From Christensenella sp. UBA1259 (GTDB lineage Bacteria > Bacillota > Clostridia > Christensenellales > Borkfalkiaceae): a stretch of DNA of 55,889 bases. Every line of letters starts with the position of its first letter. Position 1 is the first letter of the stretch. The position numbers and the translations under genes were made by a program. The stretch spans positions 1 to 55,889 of the forward strand of contig DBVR01000003.1 in assembly GCA_002308755.1 (NCBI GenBank), written 5' to 3'. This document shows, piece after piece, positions 46,701 to 54,452 of this stretch. Below the pieces are notes generated by a model that searched no databases, was not told the DNA's origin, and was given only the letters and a program-made list of their open reading frames with translations.

Positions 46701-46798
46701 TTTTTGCCACCGAGGCCGGAAGTTTTCCCGTTAAGTTCCGAAACAAGAAGGGAGAAAAGACCGAAGCACGAATCGGCGGTGATAAGTTTTGCCCGCAT
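43700..46798 (-). CDS. addB: Helicase/nuclease subunit B (AddB/RexB) with Fe-S-staple nuclease domain
   Basis: 1032 aa. C-terminal nuclease GVIDRID...IIDYKTG is bracketed by cysteines (CPYRAF upstream, CSGCGFYAVC downstream). The N-terminus lacks a Walker A motif. Confidence 0.85.
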   Translation of the reverse strand: MRAKLITADSCFGLFSLLVSELNGKTSGLGGKNLIFCEEKLSLSVERAICDNFSGSFNTEVCSFGKFLRKNKKVDNLLSREGSVIAVKSLIKNLPLKCFNRKKRDLAPSLFELISQLKSAKISVEDISYAENHATGILKNKLADVYSVFSAYEDYLLKGNFCDVSAALSFLPPLIEKDESLKDAEVFLFGFSAFTGQMREIISSLLKKAKSVTAFLVKGENKFAFVNETAENFLSVCKARGVPCEIKTCDGGYSKEGAILKDCLFRPSALRNKQTETDKVFAFTAPNCFAEAEKAAGLIRKLVTEKGVRYKNVTVAVPDEKEYKDAVSSAFSLFDVPYFLDEKKHPENYPLISLILAYTDLFIKGFSLDNFAGFFKNRYVGDDKNLNDRFYNYLLRYNIAYDRLKNPLTFPAETEEELFCFEDFRARVFSLLKTFDVKDLLKKVGAKEKSEKDSELLKSLGYPEEASVTLQIYSLVSSLLDEISLIAGNVSDPKEFKDLFSGGVSAMEVSVIPQRNDAVFVGDFRKAAIYKADYLFVMGLTSEVPRIKEDVALLSDDDISVLSEIKILLEPKIRVVNHRQRENAALGVSAFDKALYLSYPVADLSGKVNLKSEILTYAKTLLSVRPAETTDDFATVKSGLKSFAERAAKFVRSETSDFRLPSAFFKATEKKDLLKIIACAEKTPKEKLCGDESLIKNVTSPTHIEAFYRCPYRAFAERALKAKDRDTGDMDNLNVGIFAHELFRQVFERYPEMHGEEDLIAVFDEVKSDLLASGDFRKYLLSSAGEFSVDMLLAECLNYCRKTYGWLKNSDFTTGKGLLEVRFGSDENAKYPPVSLLGGKVTLSGVIDRIDVSGDNCRIIDYKTGSVDDGLSSLFAGLKLQLFLYSAAVDDKKITGAYYVKIKDRYSLEGQDETSLAVGRTVGNEDTAFSQDKALKDAGRSLYIPVERTEKGVKNVTSEENFGYLKKYAIIVSENAAKEMADGVIIPSPIKNACSGCGFYAVCGKQEGKEREIKTVTEDFIKESVKRYGEEK

Positions 46799-46908
46799 AA
46801 AAATATTATACCATACCCGAAAGACAATTTCGGGTTTTTTTGCGATATAGTTTTACAAAATTTTTCTTTTATGTTAAAATAGCAGTATCATACTCTTAAA
46901 GGGACGTT

Positions 46909-47967
46909 ATGAAAAAAAGACTTATAATAATTTCCGTTATTTTTGCGCTCTCTTTCCCGCTGTTTTCCGCTTGCGGGTGTTCTTCGCGGGAAATACTTTC
47001 CTTCGACAACAGATTTTCGGGAAAGGCCGAGATAGCGGCGGGGTATTCCCAAACGCTTATCTACGACGTGGAATATAAGACCGACGAAGAAGGTTACGCG
47101 ATATCGCAAAACTTTCCCGACGAAACGGTTTTAAAACTCGAATACGGCGTGGGTACGGCGGAGTTTGCCTTTACCGCGGACGTCGCTTTTCCCGCGGAGA
47201 TAGCAAGCGACTTAAAAGCCTTTGCCGAAGAACAGAACGCCCTTGCGTATAAACTTTCCTATTCTTTCACCATCCCGCTTAAAGTTACCTTGAACGGCGA
47301 ATCGCAAGACGTAGAAGAAAAAATGGAAAGCGAAACGTATTTTATGCCGGCAAACCTTTCTTTCGCGCCGGTGTATTCCAGAACGGAATCGCAGTACTTT
47401 TTGTTTTCGTCGAATAAAACGACCGCGGCGGCAAGCCGTCTTAAAATAAAATCGGAAACGGTGTATAACGAAGAAAGTTTTTCGGTAACGTCCTATACGG
47501 AGTATTTGGGTTTCCCCGCGGAAGATAAAGACTTCGGCGAGCCGCAGTCGGTAGAGAAAAAATACGATTTCAGGAAAGAGATAGACAACGGATCGCTTCT
47601 TTTCGCCATCCGCGGAATCGCTACCGATAAGGACACGGGAAAAACCGTACCCGTAAACAGGTTCGGGGAGACTTCCGAACTTACCTTTACAAAAAAGCAG
47701 TCGGCGGAAATGCAACTGTCCTTAACGTACAACGGCACGGCATATCCCGACGCTAAATTTTCCTACGACGATATATCTTACAGGATAAACGACGCGTACT
47801 CGGCGGGAACGGCGCACAGGGCGTATATCCAGTCGGGGGAAACGGTGAATATTCCCGATCTTGCGCTGCCGATAGTGTTTTTCCAACCCATACAGTCGGT
47901 TACGGGAGAGTTCGACCTTTACGGCTGTCTTAAATTCACCTTAAAAGAAGTTACGGTAAATGGTTAA
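46909..47967 (+). CDS. Hypothetical lipoprotein
   Basis: 352 aa. Signal peptide with lipobox LFSA|C. SD AAAGGGA upstream. No family recognised. Confidence 0.6.
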   Translation: MKKRLIIISVIFALSFPLFSACGCSSREILSFDNRFSGKAEIAAGYSQTLIYDVEYKTDEEGYAISQNFPDETVLKLEYGVGTAEFAFTADVAFPAEIASDLKAFAEEQNALAYKLSYSFTIPLKVTLNGESQDVEEKMESETYFMPANLSFAPVYSRTESQYFLFSSNKTTAAASRLKIKSETVYNEESFSVTSYTEYLGFPAEDKDFGEPQSVEKKYDFRKEIDNGSLLFAIRGIATDKDTGKTVPVNRFGETSELTFTKKQSAEMQLSLTYNGTAYPDAKFSYDDISYRINDAYSAGTAHRAYIQSGETVNIPDLALPIVFFQPIQSVTGEFDLYGCLKFTLKEVTVNG

Positions 47968-48763
47968 AAGATTTTCTTTTCTTTTTATTGCGGCGGTGCT
48001 TTTTCTTTTACCCGCGTTCGGTTGCGGGTGTAACGAAGAAACGGAGTATCCCGAAGAGGAAAAAGCCGAAAAAATATCGGGGAGCGCGGAATACGCGCCC
48101 CTTTTTGAAATAAGCGACGGCAAGACCGCCGCGTATGTCTTCATGGACGAGTTTCTTTCTTGTGTCGAGTACACGGCGGAGCAGACGGGAACGACTTTCG
48201 CCACGGTGGTTTTCGTTACCACCGCGCAGGAAGTTTATTCGAAGAAGATAAAAAGGGACGGAAAGCTGTATTTTTATACCGATACGTCCTCGTCGCTTGC
48301 AAAGGCAAAGCACGAAGCGATATTTAACGGAGACACGGTTTCGTATAAGGAAAACGGCGGAGACGTTTTAACCCGCGACATATCGGCTTACGGCGAAGAA
48401 TACGGGATAACTTTTAAAGAAAGGCTTATAGAAGGTTTCGTCGTAAACGACAAAACCGTGCTTTTTTCGGCGATCGAAAAGGTCGGGGAAGAGTATAAAA
48501 TAACTTTGGATATAGACGGCAATCTCGGCGGGTATTACGTAAGAACGCAGATGAAAAAAATAGGCGGACTTTCCGCCTATCCGGTTTTTAAATCGGTAAG
48601 GATAATTTTAACTCTTTCCGAAGACTATTTTCCCGTCAAGACGGTACTTATAGCGAAGTATTCCGCAAAGAAAAGATTCGGCGCGTCCTGTGAACAGAAC
48701 CTTACCACGGTTTATCAAAAATCGGCGGAAGAAATACCCGAAGGAAACTTCGGCGAATTTTAA
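47960..48763 (+). CDS. Hypothetical lipoprotein
   Basis: 267 aa. Signal peptide with lipobox PAFG|C. 8-nt overlap with the preceding lipoprotein gene. Confidence 0.6.
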   Translation: MVKRFSFLFIAAVLFLLPAFGCGCNEETEYPEEEKAEKISGSAEYAPLFEISDGKTAAYVFMDEFLSCVEYTAEQTGTTFATVVFVTTAQEVYSKKIKRDGKLYFYTDTSSSLAKAKHEAIFNGDTVSYKENGGDVLTRDISAYGEEYGITFKERLIEGFVVNDKTVLFSAIEKVGEEYKITLDIDGNLGGYYVRTQMKKIGGLSAYPVFKSVRIILTLSEDYFPVKTVLIAKYSAKKRFGASCEQNLTTVYQKSAEEIPEGNFGEF

Positions 48764-49272
48764 GGCTGTAAAAAGCCCACCCCTTTTTCTTTAAGTTTAT
48801 ACATATGCACGGTAAGGGGCATGCCGAGAGCGTATATCACGGCGGTCTGACTTAAAAGAAGAAAAGCGACCTGCACCACGTAAAGGTATTCGAGTTCGCC
48901 GTAGCAGAAATACCAGATGACGGGGAGAAAAAAGGCGTTGAGAACGACGGGGAATATCCCGCCGACGGCGCATTTTACCCATATATTCTTAAACAGTTTA
49001 CCCGTAAAAAAGGTAAGTATCGCGGCGACGAGAGTTATGACGCTGCCGAAAACGACGTCAAGCACGGCGCAGCCCGTTAAAAGGTTCGAAAGCATACAGC
49101 CGACGGCAAGCGCGGGGATTGCCTCCGCGTAAAGAAGCGGCAAAAGCGTTAAAGCCTCGCTTGCGCGAAACTGTATCGCGCCGCTGGCTACGGGAAACAC
49201 CGCAAGGGATAAAAGAACGTACAGCGCGGCGATTATCCCCGCCCGCACTATTTTTTTGGTAGGAAAAGACAT
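48760..49272 (-). CDS. queT: QueT-family queuosine-precursor transporter (ECF S-component-like)
   Basis: 170 aa with 5-6 TM segments and N-terminal GAIQFRASEALTLLP. Preceded by a preQ1-type leader. Confidence 0.7.
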   Translation of the reverse strand: MSFPTKKIVRAGIIAALYVLLSLAVFPVASGAIQFRASEALTLLPLLYAEAIPALAVGCMLSNLLTGCAVLDVVFGSVITLVAAILTFFTGKLFKNIWVKCAVGGIFPVVLNAFFLPVIWYFCYGELEYLYVVQVAFLLLSQTAVIYALGMPLTVHMYKLKEKGVGFLQP

Positions 49273-49273
49273 A

Positions 49274-49360
49274 AAAACACCCCTTTTTCGGCAAACGCCG
49301 AAAAAGGGGATTATTTTCCTTTCTCGGTTGTTTTTGAGAAGTGTTTGCCGAAAACCTTCT
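49274..49360 (-). promoter_or_regulatory. preQ1-I-type riboswitch (aptamer 49323-49360) with terminator/SD-sequestering hairpin (49280-49309)
   Basis: Minus-strand RNA is AGAAG-GUUU-UCGG-CAAACA-CUUCU-CAAAAACAA-CCGA. This gives P1 AGAAG/CUUCU, an A-rich tail and pseudoknot UCGG/CCGA. Then hairpin CCCCUUUUUCGGC-GUUU-GCCGAAAAAGGGG, followed by UGUUUUUAUG. Confidence 0.6.
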
Positions 49361-49377
49361 TATATAGTTACGGAAAG

Positions 49378-49406
49378 ATTATACGGCAAAAAAAGGTTTT
49401 TGTCAA
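49378..49406 (-). promoter_or_regulatory. Consensus SigA-type promoter (TTGACA-17-TATAAT on minus strand) for the queT leader
   Basis: Plus strand shows attata at 49378-49383 and tgtcaa at 49401-49406. Confidence 0.65.
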
Positions 49407-49430
49407 ACGAAAAACGTAAAAGGAAAAATA

Positions 49431-49465
49431 AAAAACCTTTCCCCCGCGGGCGACGCCCGCGGGGG
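49431..49465 (-). terminator. Intrinsic terminator of the CotF-like operon
   Basis: 12-bp GC stem CCCCCGCGGGCG/CGCCCGCGGGGG. On the minus strand it is followed by AAAGGUUUUUU. Confidence 0.7.
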
Positions 49466-49471
49466 AAGAGT

Positions 49472-49756
49472 TTAAGACAGCTGGCTTTTAATTTTCAGAA
49501 ACTTGTTCTTTTCTTCGGAAAGGGTGGTTTGGGGTGCGGAAGTTACTTCCGCATACCCGTGGTCGGTCATCATAAAAAAGACTTTCGCCTGATCTTCCAC
49601 CGTGTCGTTCCAGTGTTCTTTTATAAGGGTGCGAAATCCTTGACTCGCCCCTTCGGTCATGGCGGTGGAATAGACCTTAACGAGATTTTTTTCGAGATTC
49701 AACATATCCTGTAAACTGTCTTTTTCGTTGAGCGTGGTATCTGCTTTGTAATCCAT
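49472..49756 (-). CDS. Coat F domain (spore coat protein F-like) protein
   Basis: 94 aa with LNEKDSLQDMLNLEKNLVKVYSTAMTEGAS, matching the Coat_F pattern. Confidence 0.6.
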   Translation of the reverse strand: MDYKADTTLNEKDSLQDMLNLEKNLVKVYSTAMTEGASQGFRTLIKEHWNDTVEDQAKVFFMMTDHGYAEVTSAPQTTLSEEKNKFLKIKSQLS

Positions 49757-49768
49757 AAAGATTCTCCT

Positions 49769-49957
49769 TTACAATAAACTTAAAAGCGCGTTGAAACGCT
49801 TTTCGTGGTTATCCGCGATTTTCTTAAAATCGCAGGACAGTTGTTTGTCGGTCAACGTTTTCGAGTACAGCCTTGCTTTTTTGCACGCGCTTTCTTCGTA
49901 GATAAGCATGTCGGAAAGCAAGGTCGCTTCTTTTGTGGTAAGCATGTTTTTGCCCAT
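49769..49957 (-). CDS. Small helical protein co-transcribed with the CotF-like gene (weak Coat F-like pattern)
   Basis: 62 aa, 12-nt gap to the next gene. SD AAGGAG upstream. Confidence 0.45.
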   Translation of the reverse strand: MGKNMLTTKEATLLSDMLIYEESACKKARLYSKTLTDKQLSCDFKKIADNHEKRFNALLSLL

Positions 49958-50053
49958 ATTAAAACTCCTTTTCTTTTTATTGATTTGTGTTTACCCCAAA
50001 AACCGCGGGAATATACCCGTTTCGCATATTTTCTTAAAAAACCCGTAAAACCT

Positions 50054-50082
50054 TTGATTATTTTGCCGTTTTGTTGTACAAT
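50054..50082 (+). promoter_or_regulatory. SigA-type promoter (TTGATT-17-TACAAT) for the kinase/phosphatase pair
   Basis: TTGATT at 50054-50059 and TACAAT at 50077-50082. Confidence 0.5.
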
Positions 50083-50111
50083 ATATAAAACGTATTCTTT
50101 TGGGAGTAGAA

Positions 50112-50885
50112 ATGGGACTTTTCGGCAGAAGAAAAAAATATAACGAGCAAAGGCAGATAATAATAGACACTTCTTCGCATCACGCGGGGATGTACGGCTA
50201 TACGAGACTGAAAGACAACCTTTTGTATATAAACTCCGACGGCGCGCACAAGGTCATACAGGTCGAATCGGCAATGAGTCACGAAGGCAAAACTTCGGTG
50301 TGCGCAAACCTTGCGGTGAGTTTGGGACTTACCGAAAAGAAAGTGGTCGTCATGGATTTAGACCTTCGCCGTCCCAGAATGCACAGGCTTTTCACGAAGG
50401 AAAAGGACGGCGGAATAGCGGAATATATGAAAGGCGAACTTACCGTCGAAGACATAATAAAGCATACCGAATACGAAAACGTGGATCTTATAACCCGCGG
50501 GGCGGAGATATACAACCCGTCGTTAGTATTCGTTTCGGAAAAGTTCAAAGGGCTTATCGAAGGACTTAAAGAGAAGTACGATTTTATTCTTTTGGACTGC
50601 GCGCCGATAATGCAGACTTCGGACTATATCCACGTCGGCAAGATATCCGACGGGGTGCTGTATCTCGTTGCGTACGGTTCGACCACGAGATCGCAGGTAA
50701 ACGACGCCGTAAAAGAACTTAAAAAGAACAATATCCCGATACTCGGCACGGTGTTTACCATGTATGACAGAAAGAAAGACGGGTACTACGGCTATTACGG
50801 CAAGTATTACGACGAAATATATACCGACGACAGAAAGAAAGCCAGGAAAAAGTCGCGGGAAACGGAAGAAGAAGGCGAAGAATAG
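50112..50885 (+). CDS. BY-kinase (CpsD/CapB/PtkA-type protein-tyrosine kinase), cytoplasmic catalytic subunit only
   Basis: Walker A SAMSHEGKTS, A-prime VVVMDLDLRRP, B FILLDCAP, and C-terminal Tyr cluster YYGYYGKYYDEIY. ATG at 50112 preferred (SD GGGAG) over the TTG at 50100. Confidence 0.8.
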   Translation: MGLFGRRKKYNEQRQIIIDTSSHHAGMYGYTRLKDNLLYINSDGAHKVIQVESAMSHEGKTSVCANLAVSLGLTEKKVVVMDLDLRRPRMHRLFTKEKDGGIAEYMKGELTVEDIIKHTEYENVDLITRGAEIYNPSLVFVSEKFKGLIEGLKEKYDFILLDCAPIMQTSDYIHVGKISDGVLYLVAYGSTTRSQVNDAVKELKKNNIPILGTVFTMYDRKKDGYYGYYGKYYDEIYTDDRKKARKKSRETEEEGEE

Positions 50886-50890
50886 TTTTG

Positions 50891-51577
50891 ATGACGGATA
50901 TCCACTCGCACGCGCTTCCTTTTGTGGACGACGGTAGCGAAAGCAAAGAAGATTCCGTCGCCATGCTGAAAGAGGAAGAAGCGCAGGGCGTCAAAAACGT
51001 AATACTCACCCCGCATTACCGTCCGCCGTTTTTAAAGGAAAAGGCGGAACTTTCTGACAGGTTCGAAGAGTTTAAGGCTTTCGCAAAGGAAAAGGGCGTA
51101 GAGGCAAACCTTTTTCTCGGGCAGGAGATATACGTTACCGACGAAACTTTGCCGCTGCTTAAAGAAGACAGACTTCTTACCGTAAACGGCACGAAATACG
51201 TTCTTGCGGAGTTCAGCGCGACGCACCGTTCCGACGTTACGGAAGCGGTTTACGCGCTGACACTCGAAGGATATATCCCTATCGTGGCGCATATAGAAAG
51301 GTATTCGTACTTAACGGTTGCCGACGCCAAAGAGATAAAGTCTCTCGGCGGGCTTATTCAGGTAAACGCCGCGTCGGTCATGGCAAAACCCAGAACAGAG
51401 TACAGGAAACGCGTTAAAAAACTTGTAAAAGCGGGACTCGTCGATTTCGTCGCGAGCGACGTGCATTTCGTAAGAAAAAATTATATGAAAGAGGCTTACG
51501 GGTATATAAAGCGCAAGTTCGGGGAAGAGACGGCGGAAAAACTTTTCGTTTCCAACGCGAAAAAACTGACGGAATAA
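50891..51577 (+). CDS. PHP-family protein-tyrosine phosphatase (CpsB/YwqE-type)
   Basis: DIHSHALPFVDDGS at the N-terminus, and HIERY. ATG at 50891 preferred over the TTG at 50888. Confidence 0.8.
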   Translation: MTDIHSHALPFVDDGSESKEDSVAMLKEEEAQGVKNVILTPHYRPPFLKEKAELSDRFEEFKAFAKEKGVEANLFLGQEIYVTDETLPLLKEDRLLTVNGTKYVLAEFSATHRSDVTEAVYALTLEGYIPIVAHIERYSYLTVADAKEIKSLGGLIQVNAASVMAKPRTEYRKRVKKLVKAGLVDFVASDVHFVRKNYMKEAYGYIKRKFGEETAEKLFVSNAKKLTE

Positions 51578-51584
51578 TTTATAC

Positions 51585-51607
51585 GGCGACTTCGGTCGCT
51601 TTTTTTA
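51585..51607 (+). terminator. Possible intrinsic terminator (short stem, long T-run)
   Basis: GCGAC-TTCG-GTCGC followed by 8 T. Confidence 0.45.
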
Positions 51608-51617
51608 CGGAGATAAT

Positions 51618-52319
51618 ATGGATAAATATCTCGTCGCGATAGGCGGCGGCGAAATAAAAAACAAGACGACGTTAAAGATCGACGAGTTCGTTTCGGAACT
51701 CGTAAAGCAAAAAGCGGGGGACAGGCGAGCGAATATGGTGTTTTTCGGCACGGCGTCTCACGACAGTATGCCGTACTTTAACAGTTTCAGAAAGACTTAC
51801 ACTTCGGTGTTCGATATAAAGGCGGAAGTCGCGCTTTCGGTGTACGGAGAGATGTCCAAGGACAAGATATTCGGGAAAATCGACGCGGCGGACGGCGTTT
51901 ACGTCGGCGGCGGCGACACCGTGTATATGCTTGAAAAGTGGAAAGAAAAGGGGATAGACGAAAAACTTATAAAGGCTTACGGGGAAGGAAAGATCGTCTG
52001 CGGGCTTTCCGCGGGGGCGATATGCTGGTTCGAGAACATGTATTCCGATTACGAGATAATGCGCGGAGAAAGCGGCGAATATAAGATGCATAAAGGCTTG
52101 GGGCTTATACGCGGCACGGCGTGTCCCCACTTCGACGAGCGTGAAAAGGACTTTTTCGACGCGTGCATAAGAGAAAACGTAAAGACCGCCTACTGTATAG
52201 AAAACGACGCGGCGGTGGTTTTTAAAAACGGCGAATATTATAAGACGGTTTCGGCGGGCGGCAAAGCGTACTTTGCCGAAAACGTCGGCGGGGAAATGGT
52301 GAAAAGAGAACTTCTATGA
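51618..52319 (+). CDS. Peptidase S51 (dipeptidase E-like) family protein
   Basis: 233 aa with VGGGDTVYM and nucleophile region GLSAGAICW. Confidence 0.6.
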   Translation: MDKYLVAIGGGEIKNKTTLKIDEFVSELVKQKAGDRRANMVFFGTASHDSMPYFNSFRKTYTSVFDIKAEVALSVYGEMSKDKIFGKIDAADGVYVGGGDTVYMLEKWKEKGIDEKLIKAYGEGKIVCGLSAGAICWFENMYSDYEIMRGESGEYKMHKGLGLIRGTACPHFDEREKDFFDACIRENVKTAYCIENDAAVVFKNGEYYKTVSAGGKAYFAENVGGEMVKRELL

Positions 52320-52924
52320 CGGTAAATCACGATAAAAAAATGCAGGAGATAATAGAAGAAAACCGTAAAAACGGGGTTGTTCCCCGACTTCTTATGCACG
52401 CCTGCTGCGCGCCGTGTTCTTCCGCGTGCATAGAAAGGATAAAAGACGATTTCGACCTTACCGTGTACTTTTACAACCCGAATATGGATTCGGCAAAAGA
52501 ATACGAGTTAAGGAAAAGCGAAGAAGAACGGCTTTGCGAAGAGTTAAAGGTAAAAGAGATTTCCGAAGAATATTCCCCGAAAGAGTTTATGGACGCGGTA
52601 AAGGGATCGGAAGACGCGCCGGAAGGCGGGGCGCGGTGCGAAAAGTGTTTTTATCTGCGGCTTAAAAGGACGGCGGAAAAGGCGAAAGAGTTGAACTTTA
52701 CGTATTTTACCACGACTCTGACGTTAAGCCCGTTAAAGGACGCCGACAAAATAAACGGGATAGGGGAAAGGATAGAAAAAGAAACGGGCGTAAAGTTTCT
52801 GCCCTGCGACTTTAAAAAGCGGGACGGATATTTAAGATCAATAAGGCTTTCGGAAAAATTCGGGCTTTACCGCCAGAATTACTGCGGGTGCGTGTTTTCT
52901 TTAAAAAACGGTAAGGGCGAATAA
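52316..52924 (+). CDS. queH: Epoxyqueuosine reductase QueH (DUF208)
   Basis: 202 aa with LLMHACCAPCSS, CEKCF and YCGC. 4-nt overlap with the preceding gene. Confidence 0.8.
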   Translation: MTVNHDKKMQEIIEENRKNGVVPRLLMHACCAPCSSACIERIKDDFDLTVYFYNPNMDSAKEYELRKSEEERLCEELKVKEISEEYSPKEFMDAVKGSEDAPEGGARCEKCFYLRLKRTAEKAKELNFTYFTTTLTLSPLKDADKINGIGERIEKETGVKFLPCDFKKRDGYLRSIRLSEKFGLYRQNYCGCVFSLKNGKGE

Positions 52925-52963
52925 AACCTTTCAACCTCCACATAATAAGTTGCGGAGGAAAAT

Positions 52964-53179
52964 ATGAAGACAACGACTATTATTGCCTTTATCCTGGTGA
53001 TCGTCGGCGCGATAGTCTGGGGACTTGTCGGTATTTTCAATTTCAATCTCGTATCGATGATATTCGGCGCGGGGTCTGAAGCGGTGGTTTCCAGAATAAT
53101 CTATTCGCTGGTCGGAATTTCAGGGTTGTGGCTCATTTTTTACTCGCTCGTTTACCGTCCGTTCAAAATGGTAAACTAA
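52964..53179 (+). CDS. DUF378 small membrane protein
   Basis: 71 aa with IVGAIVWGLVGIFNFNLVSMIFG and a second TM. Confidence 0.7.
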   Translation: MKTTTIIAFILVIVGAIVWGLVGIFNFNLVSMIFGAGSEAVVSRIIYSLVGISGLWLIFYSLVYRPFKMVN

Positions 53180-53189
53180 AAAAATTTTT

Positions 53190-53229
53190 CTTTCGGGACC
53201 GCGGAGTATCCGCGGTCCCGAAAGATTTT
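53190..53229. terminator. Bidirectional intrinsic terminator
   Basis: 15-bp stem CTTTCGGGACCGCGG/CCGCGGTCCCGAAAG with A/T runs on both sides. Confidence 0.8.
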
Positions 53230-54352
53230 AAAGTGCGTTCAAAATTTTTTTCACGGCGAAAACGAAATAATCTTCTTCCGTCGCGCTGTTATGTACCGAA
53301 AGGCTTGCGCGTATCAGCCCGCCGTTTTCCGTGCCGAGAAATTTATGGGTAAGCGGCGCGCAATGCAGCCCGCCCCTTACCGCTATATCGTATTCGGAAT
53401 TCAAAAGGTCGGCAAATTCCGAAGACGAAAACCCTTCCGCGGAGAAGGAAACGATCCCCAAAGGGTTAGGGGAAGAATAGAGTTTTATTCCGTCGACTTC
53501 GTTAAGCGCGGAGACCAACCGCGCGGTTTTTTCGTACAGAAGTTTTTCCGTCCTTTTAAGGTTTCCCGAAACCTGACGGAAGCCTTCCAAAAGCGCCGCT
53601 ATCGCGGGGAGATTCAAAGTACCCGACTCTAATCTTTCGGGGTAGTCTTCGGGCTGAAAAACGTTCATAGAGTCGGTACCCGTCCCGCCGAAAGTAAGCG
53701 GGGAAACATCTATGTCGTCCGAAAGTATCAGCACCCCGCTGCCCATTATTCCGCCGAGACCTTTGTGCCCCGCAAGGCACAACGCCGAAATGCCGTCGTC
53801 TTTTAAGTTTAAGGGGATATGTCCGCCCGTTTGCGCCCCGTCGGCTATAAAGATAAGACCTTTTTCCCTTGCCAGTGCGCCTATTTTTTCCGCCCCAAAA
53901 ACTTCGCCCGTTACGTTTGAACCCGTCGTCGCCGCGATAAGGTAGGTGTTTTCGTTTACAGCGGATTTTATCGCGGAAACGATATCGCCGTTTTCGGGTT
54001 TGACGACGGAAAGGGATATAAGCCCCTTGCTTTTTAGAAAGTTCAACGGCCGCAGCACGGAATTATGCTCGTAAACGGTGGTTACGACGTGTCCGCCGCG
54101 CTTTACCGTGCCGAGTATCGCAGTATTTAAGGCTTCGGTGCAGTTTTTGGTGAATATAACGCGAAAGGGGCTTGCGCCGAAGTTTTCGGCAATAAGTTCC
54201 CTTGCGCTTTCCACGATTTTCGCGCCGGTAACGGAAAGGCGGTGTCCGCTCCGCCCGGGGTTTGCGGAAAGGTATTTTATGACGTTGGTCGCGGCGGATA
54301 CCGCCGCCTGCGATTTGAACCCGCCCGTAGCGGCGTTATCGAAATATATCAT
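53228..54352 (-). CDS. Class V aminotransferase, cysteine desulfurase family
   Basis: 374 aa with PLP-lysine region CLAGHKGLGG and C-terminal VRGGLHCAP. Confidence 0.75.
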   Translation of the reverse strand: MIYFDNAATGGFKSQAAVSAATNVIKYLSANPGRSGHRLSVTGAKIVESARELIAENFGASPFRVIFTKNCTEALNTAILGTVKRGGHVVTTVYEHNSVLRPLNFLKSKGLISLSVVKPENGDIVSAIKSAVNENTYLIAATTGSNVTGEVFGAEKIGALAREKGLIFIADGAQTGGHIPLNLKDDGISALCLAGHKGLGGIMGSGVLILSDDIDVSPLTFGGTGTDSMNVFQPEDYPERLESGTLNLPAIAALLEGFRQVSGNLKRTEKLLYEKTARLVSALNEVDGIKLYSSPNPLGIVSFSAEGFSSSEFADLLNSEYDIAVRGGLHCAPLTHKFLGTENGGLIRASLSVHNSATEEDYFVFAVKKILNAL

Positions 54353-54452
54353 ATATCCCCCGTAACAAAAAATCTTTTCTCCGAATAATATATTCGTGTA
54401 ACACTATATTTTATAATTGCCCGAAAGAATTTATGCAAAGGAGAAAAGCGTT

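Noticed and set aside
52925-52963. CCTCC...GGAGG pairing that could sequester the SD of the DUF378 gene
   Set aside because: The stem is only 5 bp with a 14-nt loop, too weak to call a regulatory element.
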